Positions 48,575 through 59,500 of a DNA stretch of 64,000 bases are shown in pieces. The notes beneath the pieces were generated by a model. That model saw only the letters and a list, made by a program, of their open reading frames with translations. It ran no database searches and had not been told where the DNA came from. Origin of the DNA: Sphaerodactylus townsendi. Lineage: Eukaryota. The stretch is from NCBI RefSeq assembly GCF_021028975.2, contig NC_059430.1, positions 91,946,001 through 92,010,000 on the forward strand, written 5' to 3'. Made by a program: the position numbers and the translations under genes. Every line of letters begins with the position of its first letter. Positions within the stretch are counted from its first letter, which is position 1.

Positions 48575-50605
48575 ATTCCTTTATAATTTGATTTCCAGGG
48601 CACCCTTCCTTTTTACAGGCTCAGGGTGGCGTACAACAATAAGCCGCCAGATTAAAATATGTGACAATACATTATAAAATGCTCCATAAAATCAATTTCT
48701 CACAAACTATGTGCAACAAATTAAAGAAGAGGGGGAGGAGGTAGAATAAAAGTAGACAGGAGAAGAAGGAGAGAGAGAGAAAGGGAGGCCATCTAAGATG
48801 GGATGTCGTTGCTCCCCTCGACTGAAGGCTTGGCATAACAGTCAGTTATCCAGGTGGATAACAAGTTGTTATCCATAGAGGGAAGTATTCTCTTGGGCAT
48901 GTACTTGGAGAGATAGTCTCACAAGTATGAAAGTCTCAGACCTCTCATGGCATTCAAAGTTAGCACCAAAACCTTGAACTTGCTATTCCACTAGTAACCA
49001 ATGCAGGTGGCGGAGCACTGGAGGATGTGCTCCTGCCATGGTGTCGTGGTAAGGAGCCATGCAGCTGCATTCTGAATCTGAATCAGCTGGAGTTTCCAAT
49101 TCAGCCTCAAGGGCAATCCAACATACAGTGAGTAACAATAACCTAATCTAGAGGTGACCATTGCATGGATCACTATAGCTAGGCCAAGGTGCTACAAGTA
49201 GGGGGTGAGTAATCTAGTCTGGCATAGATGATAAAACACCAGCCCTGTCACATTTGTGACTTGAACCTCCATAGATAAGGAATCATCAAGTATCACCCAA
49301 GCTCTTGATCGTTAGTGAAGATGTTAGCTGCACTCAGTCAAGAGCTGGAAGACAACCAGTCCCTGCTAAGTCTCCCTGACCCAGCCACAGGACTAGATTT
49401 AGTTTCAGCCAGCTCTGTTTCAAGAGCAGTGAAGAGCCAAGAGCAGTTGAAGAACCAAGAGCAGTGGCTAAGAGCAGGTGCACTCTGATCTGGAGGAACT
49501 GGGTTTGATTCCCTGCTCTGCCACTTGAGCTGTGGAGGCTTACCTGGGGAATTCAGATTAGCCTGTACACTCCCACACACGCCAGCTGGGTGACCTTGGG
49601 CTAGTCACAGCTCTACGGAGCTCTCTCAGCCCCACTCACCCCACAAGGTGTTTGTTGTGAGGGGGGAAGGGCAAGGAGATTGTAAGCCCCTTTGAGTCTC
49701 CTACAGGAGAGAAAGGGGGGATATAAATCCAAACTCTTCTTCTTCTTCTTCTTAACCATGGTCTCCAGAAAATTGGCCAAAATATTCAGCGCAGAGTTTG
49801 GCCAACCACCCCTCAAGAGGTAAAGCCAGGTGTCATCAGTGTACTGGTCACATCCCAGTCCAAAGCACCAAACCAACTGGGCAAGAGGGCTCATATAGAT
49901 GTTAAGCAGCATTAGATAGAGGATAGCCCCTGGTAGGATGCCACATCTTAATGAATATCATGGTAATGTCCTCTCCCATACTGTTCCTCTTTGTCTCCAG
50001 CCCCAAAGAAATTAGATCAGCCACTGTAAGGCAGTCACATGTATTCCATCACCCGCAAAACTGTAAGCCAATAGATCATAATTAATTGTGTTGAATGCTG
50101 CTGTCAAATCAAGCAACAACAGCAGCCCAACCCTCAACATGACCAGAGCTATCTCTGTCCTGTGGCCAGAATCAAAGCCAGATTGAAGTGGGTCCACCAG
50201 CCCCAATTGTTCTCCAGAAAGTCCTGAAGTTGTTCTGCAGCTGCTTTCTCAATTACATTACCCAAGAATAAAAGACACTGTGTGATAGTTGGATGGATGA
50301 AGAGGCTCCAAAGATGATTTCTTCAGTAGCAGCCTTATCATTGTTCCTTTCAACCCTTCTGTAAAGACCCCTGAAGACAGAGACAGATTGATTAGTATGT
50401 CTCTCGGGGGCCTGCATGCCATATCCACTGGCTTTCACCAGCCAAGATAGGCATAGATCAAGGGGCAAGTAGTAGGTCTCACAGCTGCCAGGATCCTGTC
50501 AACATCAGACTGGGAGAGACAGCTGAACTGGTCCAAAGTCAGAGCCGAAGATGGCCAAGGAACCTCTAGTTCACTAACTGAATCAAAATTGGTGGGGAGG
50601 TTTTG
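48575..50605 (-). mobile_element. L2-clade LINE, degraded RT region and 3' end
   Basis: LVDPLQSGF..HRTEIAL, LLLLDLTAAFNTI, QYTDDT, VTSRLGYCYSLYVGLP..QNAAA. Confidence 0.88.
49458..49752 (+). mobile_element. Same young SINE, inserted into an L2; (ctt)n tail
   Basis: Highly similar to 20010-20312. Confidence 0.9.
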
Positions 50606-52225
50606 ATGGAGGAACAAGACTTTAGCTACAAAAAAGCTTGCAAATGCCTCACACTAATAGCCAAATTTCTAATATTTGAGGAATTTCTAATATTTGAGAA
50701 AAATACATTCAGTATTTTCTCTTTTTTTTCCTGGACAGTCTATGAAAATACTAGACTGTTTGGGACAATATCATACATTTGGCAACCGTAGGCCTAATTC
50801 TTCACTTGTTTCCATTTTTACATATTCTAAAGAAATGTGTACCAGGTCACAGCCTGAAATCCAAGGAGAAATCAGGGAACAGGACTGGCATGCCAATACT
50901 AACATCATTTCTGATAAAAATTGAAAGTGACATTTTTAGTGTTCTAATGGTGGTGGACAAGTCACAGCTGACTTATGCCAAAGAACAGAGATGCTGGGTG
51001 GTCTATAACAGAAGTGCTGGCATCACTAACCAAACAGTATATACAGTGGTATGCAATACTAAGTACTGAAAGCATGTACCTATTTCTATGTATGCAGGTT
51101 TTCCACATACAAAGGGCTCAAGGTGCCACACAAATTCAAAACCCTCAGCAGGAAAACAAACATTCAGGTCTTCCTAAAAGGACAAAATTGTCTTTTAACT
51201 AACTGGGGCAGTTTTCGTTGGGCCACTGGCAGCTTTGACAGGAGCGCTTAGCTTGGACTTTGGAAATGATGATAATGAATGTAGGCTTATGTGTTGGGCC
51301 TACGCCTAGTGTTATCATTGTTGCTGCAACCTAGGTTGAAGTCCCCGTGGTGCTGGAAGCAATTTGGCTCTGCTTTCATTTTGGTCTGTTTTATGGTCCC
51401 AACCTGCCCCTGGGGCTGAAAAATCTCCTCTAGGATACTGGTTGTGGTGCTTTAGCAGGAAAGGTCTCTCTTCTTATCATCTAGTTTTCTTGATTGTGAG
51501 GACTGGGCTCTTTTAAGAGGTGGACTGGAAGAAATGACTAGCTTGTGTTAGGGAGGAATGTGACCAAACTGAGGAACTGCAAGAGTGTGTGTGTGTGTGT
51601 AGGGGGGGGGGGGGTTCTGTGAAATTGAGTCCTCCTGGAAAGAAACCAGGGCAAAATGTTTGTTGGTAGGCAGCAGCTTACTGTATAATTCACAAAGCAG
51701 AGAACAACACACAGAAGGCCAGGGACAAGGAGGTGAGTTTTCTGGAGAGGTCTCAGTGTACCCCCTGCAGATGTCCACAAAATGTTCTAGCCCACAGAAG
51801 ATATTACTAGGTAGGGTTGCTAACCTCCAGGTGTCACCCAGAGATCTCTCAGCATTACAGCTGATCTCTAGACTATGGCAATATACCCCTTAGAGGACCA
51901 TCTTGACCCCAAACTCTGTCCTCCACATAATCTACTCCCTAATCTGCAGGAAATTCCCAACCAGGAACTGGCAACCCCATTACTAGCCCATATTCCTGCG
52001 ATAGTCATTTGTGATCCACCAATGCCCTAAATTGCTAGCTGTCTTTAGCCTGGAAAAGCTTTCTTGCTTGGGTGCCCCAAGGTGAGTCTCATTTGATGTC
52101 AGGCCAAGTGGTTGTTGATGAAGCTGCTTTAGCATCAGACCAGAATGAATGAAAACACCTCCCACCTAGAAGACTAAAAGGAGGCAATTTGCACAGTTAC
52201 CAGGAAGTCAGTCAATGGAACTTAC

Positions 52226-52450
52226 ACCTAAGTAAATATGCTGAATGGAGTGAAAATTCCATACAGCTTTAGTTCTGATATCAACACAGCAGGCTCTCCA
52301 TTATTATCTTCGAAAAGTCTACTTCAGATTCCCTGGAAGCAATTAGATAGTTACTATCATCTTCTTCTGAAGCTTCTGAAGTCTGCTTGGGTGTTGTTAG
52401 GTGTGTATTATTTGCACCCATTCATTAATTTGCTAAATGAGTTTACCTCC
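52226..52450 (-). pseudogene. Decayed exon resembling lamin exon 1 (coil 1A/1B start)
   Basis: Donor GT|gtaagt. With frameshifts it reads *QINEW-ANNTHL...ASEEDDSNYLIASRESEVDF-RR, compared with lamin QELNDRLAVYID...[26 protein letters not shown]. Confidence 0.4.
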
Positions 52451-54617
52451 CAGGTGGTAACACCAAAAAGAAGGAGGCAGTCAATAAAAACCCTGGGCTC
52501 CGATAGCAGAAGTGGGAGCTGCCTGTCTGGTGGGAGACAAAATGGGTTGCAATGAAATGGCTAATTGCTGCTATCTGAGCCAGGGGCCAAGAAGCAGGGA
52601 GTGCCTGGCAGGAGGCCAGCAACACCAGCCAAAGGTTTGCTGCTGCCTTGGGAGGGGAAAGGAGCTTTTAAGGTAGAAGTGGACTACAGGAGGAACTTCA
52701 GTGATACTCCCTGCTGCGTTCTGTACGTATAGTATTATAAGATGGGTAGGCCTCCCCACACTCCTCCAACATTTGTCAGTAGAAGAAACTCTGGTAATCC
52801 CAAGAAATGTTGAGATATTTTGTCTGAGAAGGAAATGTGTCTGCATCTATTGGCTTTGAATTTCATTTAGATCAAATTCTGGTGGCAACCAGGGCATAAG
52901 CAAATGTCTGAAATGTCTCTAGTTTTATCTACATTCTTCAAATTTCCCTCTGAACTTTCCAATGGTTTTACCTAAGATTGACACCACCCCCACCCCCAGG
53001 CACACTTGGTTCAAGTTTCTCTTTGGGAAAACATTTTGGCAGCAACTCTTAATTCTGGTGAGGAATTATGATGCTCAGCTGGAAGAACTCCAAAGTATTT
53101 TTGCTGCAGACATGAGTGTTAGAACTACTGGAGCAGTAAAGGTCTCATGAAGTTTTTTGTTTATAGTGGCTACACTAAAACAGAATTATAATTTAATAGG
53201 AAATGTAGTTTTCCCCACCTGCTTGCAACTTAAGAGTAGATCTGTTGGCTCAGACCAGCCATCCATCTATCTCAGCATTCAGTTTTCAGCCATGGCCAGT
53301 TGTGGAAGCTCATACATAGTGCTTGCTAGCAATAGTTCTTGCCTGTTGTCCGCTTCATGTCATCCTCCTCTCATCCTGTTTGGCTATCATGTTGATAGCC
53401 TATCCTTCATAAACTTATCCAACTTCCTGGTAAATCCATTGGAGCCATGGACACCACCAGATCATGTGGCAGGGAATTTCACAGGTCAGCTACCATTGTG
53501 TGAATTAGTTGGATATTGGTGGTGGGGTTTGAAATCACAATGGTAATGTCCAATGAAATATTTCATGCTTCTTCTGGCCCTCCTTCACTATTGAGTGCTG
53601 TTGTCCACCATTGCTGTAGTGAGCAGGACTCTTGCATTGTTCTTCAGTGGACAGAGAAAAGGATGGGTCATACTAAGGTTAGGTTGCTTTCAATTTCCTC
53701 AGAAATTTTAAAGGAAGGGGCCACTCTGGATAGCAAATTGCTCCTCACACTGCTCATTCTGACCTTTCCTAGTGATATAAATTGAGCATTTATAGGGTTG
53801 TGTTCTCCTAGCTGCAGCAGGCAGTTTTGATGCCCTCATCCATCTTCAGCTGATTATAATGTAGTGCAATTGTTGTGGCAAACTACACCACTGATTTACA
53901 GAGAGCCTTGCGGCAGATTGTAACATTCCATAGAAGTTAATTATGCTCAATCATAACAGGCCCAAGGACATGTCTGTGGATAGCCACACAAGAGCAGAAG
54001 GCTTTGGGGCCACCAGTCAGAGATGTGTCTGGCAAATCCTCCCCTAATCAATTTGCTAAAGCCAAGTGCAATTAAAATAGTTTCTGACAAAGCATTTTAC
54101 AGAGTACTAAGTAATATTTTTGCTTATACTTGTATTTAGCATCTTTGCAAAAATAAACTGTTTCTCTTTCACTGCTATTAGTGTAAATGCACAGCTAAGC
54201 ATGATGGCTGACACTGTATCATGATGTGAAACATTTAAAGCGTGTAAGTGTGGGTTTATTGTACATCCTGGAGATCCATGTTAGGATACAAACACAGAAC
54301 AAAAATGTATTGTCGAAGGCTTGCTTTAGGTAAGCAAACTCTGTCTCTTACAGCTCCAAATGGTCCAGAATGCAGTCCTGACAGGGACCCCATGGCAGGC
54401 ACACATACAACCTGTGCTCCACCAGCTCCACTGGCTCCAGGAGGATACTGGATCAGATTCAAAGTACTTGTACTGCAAGCCTAAACACTGGGACCCGCAT
54501 ACCTCTCTCCTGGTATGTTCTCCGAACAGCACTTAGATCTGCAATAGTAATTTACTGGTCATCCCTGACATGAAGGAAGGGAAGGAGTAGTCCTGTCAGG
54601 TAAACTTCAGAGATTCT

Positions 54618-54799
54618 CAGAGGCGTAGCTCCAAGGGGACGGGGGGGATGCACCCCTGTAGGAGTGTGGCAAGGGCATTCCAGGGGCATGGTGGGGGCAT
54701 TCTGGGGTGGGGTGGGGGTGAGACGGGGGTGTTCCAGGGCGGGATGGGGTAGAGGATGCACCAGTGCACCGGGCGCTTTCCCTCCTTGCTACACCTCTG
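54618..54799. mobile_element. hAT MITE
   Basis: TIRs cagaggcgtagc / gctacacctctg; TSD gagattct/gagattcc. Confidence 0.85.
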
Positions 54800-55310
54800 G
54801 AGATTCCCCTTCCAACATCTTCCTCCAGCCAAGTCCCCTCCCTCTGCCTAGCATTTTGATTCTCATGACTGAGGCCTGGCTGGCAGGCAATGATGTGTCT
54901 GTGCACCCTGCACATAATCTGAAGCCAATTTAATGGCATATTCTCTGCTCCAGGTGGGAGGCTGCTCTTTCATTTGCTCTTTCTCTCTACCTGACCTTTT
55001 TTGAAGGGCCTCCAATTTTTAAGTATTAACACATATAGATTTCATCCTCAAGGCAATGTGTTTATTAAGAAATATATCTCATAGTATCCAATGTTCTTAG
55101 GATTGCAGTTCTGCCATCTGGTAGGTCAGATTCATAATCCATTTTAAAAATTCTTCCTAGCTGTGCATATGGCCCAATACATCAGAGAGCTAGTGGATAG
55201 GGAGGTAGAGGTCTCTTCTTTGCCATGATCATAATGAAAATCCCCAACTAATAGCAGCCAGAGGGGGTTGGATTGGATGGGAAAGGGTAGAGTTAGGGCC
55301 CTAAAACTGC

Positions 55311-56045
55311 TATGCAAAGGTGATAGTATAGTATTTCAGGTGGGGGTTTTCAGTCCAGGGAGTGATTCACATTTGCATTCCCTGAAGGGTGTGATTCACA
55401 TTTGCATTCAGTCCAGGGAGTGATTCACATTTGCATTCCCTGCAGCAGCAGCAGTATTGGTGAATGCAAATCCTGTGTTGGGTGGAGTCCATTGTTCATG
55501 AATTTAGCATGCCCTTGGCCTTTGAAAAACCCCACCTGCAATACTATACTATCATACCTTTGCATAACAAGTTCCACCCAAACACTTATTGATTGGTTCC
55601 CCACCTGGGGACATGACAATTTATTTATTTATTTATTTATTTATTTTATTGTTTCAATTTTTATACCGCCCGATCCCCGAAGGGCCTCCACTAAAACATT
55701 CCCTTCTCACTGGACACAGTAACAGACTTCCCTCTGTGATACACCTCTGAAGATGCCAGCCACAGATGCAGGTGAAACGTTAGGGACAAGATCCACCAGA
55801 CCACGGCCGCACAGCCTGGAACCCCACCCCCCCACAACCAATTGAATCCAGCCGTGAGAGTCTTCAACAATGCATGCTAAGTTCATGGACAATGGACTCC
55901 ACTCAGACACAGGATTTGCATTCACCAATACTGCTGCTGCTGCAGGGAATGCAAATGTGACTAACAATGTAAATGGACTGATAACCCCACCTGCAATACA
56001 ATGCACTTTTGAATAGCAAGTTCCACCCAAACACTTACTGATTGA
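55311..56045. repeat. Complex inverted/direct repeat patchwork around a Penelope pLTR
   Basis: 55311-55352 inverted vs 55522-55566; 55426-55511 inverted vs 55872-55960; 55528-55594 direct vs 55983-56044; three tandem gtgattcacatttgcattc units. Confidence 0.8.
55744..55784 (+). ncRNA. Minimal type I hammerhead ribozyme motif, best-preserved copy (within pLTR fragment ~55705-55871)
   Basis: Stem I cct/agg; core CTGAAGA and GAAA intact; stem II gccagc/gcaggt; loop-less palindromic stem III ACGT; GUU cleavage triplet. Confidence 0.7.
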
Positions 56046-57452
56046 TTACTATGGAACATGATCTCATCAGACAGAACTACACAAGAGGACCTCCAAGAGT
56101 CGATGAGAAAAATGACCCTGCCAGAGGTGTTATACATTTCAGTTGTCCCTAATGACTTGCTTATGAAAACAGCAGATCTTGAAACAGCCTAGGAAGTCTG
56201 GGTTAAATTAAAGAAGGTGCTAGGAAGGAAGTAATCAAGAATAATAATGTCTCTCCAGCATGTCTCTCCATTTAAACCAAATGCTCAGCTTGGTTGACTA
56301 CCTTAAAACAGCAGGAAAACAGATTGTTAATGAGGACATATTATTATTAATTTCATTTCCCAGGAGTTATGAAAATTTGGTTGCTATAATACAGAGCAGG
56401 GAAAAACTACTTTTGTCAGAAGTTATTGAAGAATTAAAGGAGGAGCACATTAGAAGAGAATTCCTTCAAGGCACAAATAGTCTCAAAGCCTTGAAAACAT
56501 AAGATAAAAAGGAACTAAAGTGTTACGCCTATGGAAGAATGGGTCGCCTTGCAAATGAATGCAGGCAACAAGAGCTATATAATGGTGCTGGCCAGCAAGC
56601 AGTAAACAGCCACAAAACTCAGGGGAGCATCTCCGGTTGTAAACAGCTACACAGGAACCACAGATAAACAATGTCTGTAAAAGAAAACTTTCATATTAAA
56701 ACCAGGACGGATAAAAATCAAACATGTGGATCCATGATAGCAGTTGTACAACTCAATTATGTGGAGATAAAAATTTATTTGACATGTTGGATGAGAATAA
56801 AAGAGAAATTTTGCATGTAGCAGATGATCACTCTAAAGAGGCAGTGAGAATGGGGCAAGTTATCATCAAGTGCTTGTTACCAGGAAGGCCTGTAAGAGAG
56901 ATTATAATTACAAACTGCCTTTTTCTCCCCTCGACTGCAAACAACTTGATTTCAGTGAATGGTTTAACGGATAAAGGGAATGATTACAAAAAACGCTTTA
57001 AAAAGGGGCAGAACTGATTGCACAGGGCACAAGAAATGATGGGCTCTACCATCTAGAAAGAGAATCTTGTTCAGAGATGTACTCATAGACAGTGCATGAA
57101 TTTATGGCATAGACATTATGGACATAGAGGTGTTAATGCAATTAAGCAACTTGAAATCCAGAATGTAACTAAGAATGTGCAAATTGTTAGATGCCCCCTG
57201 GAGCAAAAATGTGAAATGTGCATTAAAGCAAAGGGCGTGAGACCAAGTTTTTCAGTGCTTTGGAGGAAAAGCAGAACTAAGTATCCCCTGGAATTTATAA
57301 TACATAGTGGTGTCTGAGGACCTTTTAGAATGCAAACTCTATCTGGGAACCAATATTTGCTAATCTTTATAGGTGATTTTTCAAGATATACCGTGACCTC
57401 CTTCATTAGACAGAAAAGCCAAGTACTGGAAAACTTAAGGCTTATATTGCCT
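56045..57452 (+). mobile_element. Ty1/copia gag-pol remnant (gag, Zn knuckle, protease, integrase N-terminus); no LTR seen
   Basis: HLNQMLSLVDYLKTAG..LLISFPRSYE; knuckle CYAYGRMGRLANEC; protease WIHDSSCTTQLC; LWHRHYGH..CEMCIKAK; IHSGV*GPF..YLLIFIGDFSRY. The protease-then-integrase order is copia-specific. Confidence 0.9.
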
Positions 57453-58891
57453 TAATTTCCTCCTCCTCCTTGGAAGTGTCTGCTCGTTCTTTCCCTATCT
57501 AGCAAGGTAGATGAAGGCTATCCCCGTCTGTCAGCTTTCCTATCTGAAATGCAGCTCCCTAATAAACATTTAACTTTATCTTTAATCAGTGAGAATGCCG
57601 CTTCTCTGCACAGCTAGCAATATGCCAACAATCTGCCTGAGGCTTGGAAATTATGCGGGGGGGGGGGGGGGGGGAACACACAACAAATTCTCCATGCCAT
57701 GCTCAACTTCCTCAGTATAGCATGGATATCTCTCCCTCCCCTCTTCCTCTGGTTCCCAATTTCACGTGAGCTTGGGAAATGGGAGCTGGGGGAGGGAAAT
57801 GTAAAAAACTTAAAAAGATTAATGTTATTTTGCTTCTTCGGCCCCAGATGTATTTGGCTTTTCGAATACACCTTTTAAAAAAAAATCAGTAAAAAAACAA
57901 AACCATAAAAGCTAATAGGGATTTTTTTTTAGGCTTTTCTGTGATTCAGGTTCACCAAATCATCAAGCTTACACCAAAGTCGCAACACAGAGGCCGGCAA
58001 TGGCCAACCATCTCTGTTCATCTCTTACCTTGAAAACCCTTTGGCATTGTCATAGGTTGGCCACACCTTGACACTTTCTTCCTCCACAGGCTCTTCCTAT
58101 TCTTTATTAATTTACAATGCAACCCTCCCCACATTTCTGGCTTTATGCCCAGATACTTGGAAATAGAACACTCTTGAGTTTTATTACCCCAAGGCAAGAT
58201 TGTCTCCATCAGATGTGTATGAGCTCAAAATACAACTCTCTTAGTCAGTGTGTTTACAATATAGAGGGACAGTAGAAGGAGATTTATGATGTTAATATAA
58301 AATTCCAGCCCTCCTGTGCAAATCCACATGCTGTCAAACTGGGAGGTAGCACAAATGGGGAACGCAACCTGTTTGAGTTGTGAAATGTATCCCAGAAAAT
58401 ACATTCCCTCTTGAGTTTGCTTTTTAAGAAAAGTAATAAATTTCAAGACTCTGTAGATTTGGTAATGAGCATGAATGTGTGCTAGGAATGTATGTCTTAT
58501 TAGCTCAAAAACCAGAGGGGAAATGCCTATCTCCTCTTCAGTCTTGTTCAGGAGGAACACTCCTGCTTTTTCAGCATGACATTCTGTTGATAAAAGATGC
58601 ATAGGAAATGACAAAAGAAGGCAAATTTGCCTGCAGCCATGTGCAGTTCAGCCTCAATAATCTTAGGTACCTAAACTTACATCACATGAGTAAAAGAGCA
58701 TTTCCAGTTGTGCAAGGAGACAGATTTCTGCTGATCCCCTTCCTCACTGCAGCACCCTGTGCTATCCCCAAGACCCCATCCCGCAGGAATTGTTTTTGGG
58801 AGGCTATGGCAAAGGAAAGGTAAACTGGCTGCAAGGTGTGTACACAGAGCTCAGGGTTGAAGCATTCAAAATATGTTCAAGATGTTCACTT

Positions 58892-59500
58892 TGTTACCGC
58901 TGCTGCTCGGGTAACAATAAATGATTTCAGCTCAGCAACATATTGAGGCGTAGGAAGCTGGTGTTCTTAAAAGCAAAGTATTTTATTCGGAGGTGATGGT
59001 CACAGCTCGGGCAGGAGAATTGCGCCCTTGCAACCAAGCGCAATAACTTTTATTCACAAACATCAAAGGGGCAAAGGGGCAGGTAAAGGGGGAGGTAAGG
59101 GGGCAGGTCCCTTACCGAACACCAATAAAGAAACATCAATACAAAAGAAAGATACAGTTACAACTTTTGTGAATGGGATCACGAAATCCCGCTGTCAAGC
59201 ATCCTCCCGTGAGACTTCGCAATGGTGCTGAAAGGAGAGCGGAGAAAGTCCATTCAGAGAATCTGGGTGGGCTCGCTACCACACCCAGTTATCTACGTTA
59301 TCAGATGGCTGTTTCCTTCGGTTATGACCTGAGGCTCCCGCGCCTCAGTTCAGCAACAAAGGAGAGTTCAAACTGTCCAATGGTGATCCCGACACGTCTT
59401 TCAATGGCTGGGACCTCTAGGTGCTGCCATCAGTTTTAATTTGCAAAACCAAAGGGAGTCTTTGTCTTCGCTAAGGAGTTGGCAGGGTGTTGGTCTAAGC
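58892..59500 (-). mobile_element. Probable ERV/LTR-derived sequence; right boundary uncertain
   Basis: Begins tgttacc; minus-strand AATAAA near 58985; CpG-rich. A possible end gttaca at 59162 has matching actt flanks. Confidence 0.45.

Noticed and set aside
50780-52450. KASH5/LRMP-like reading of the upstream segments
   Set aside because: Similarity was superficial. The downstream exons are clearly a lamin tail domain, and 50700-50790 is a MITE end.
55355-55442. CRISPR-like spaced repeats
   Set aside because: Eukaryotic context, only three units, and the spacers are short and related; a simple local duplication.
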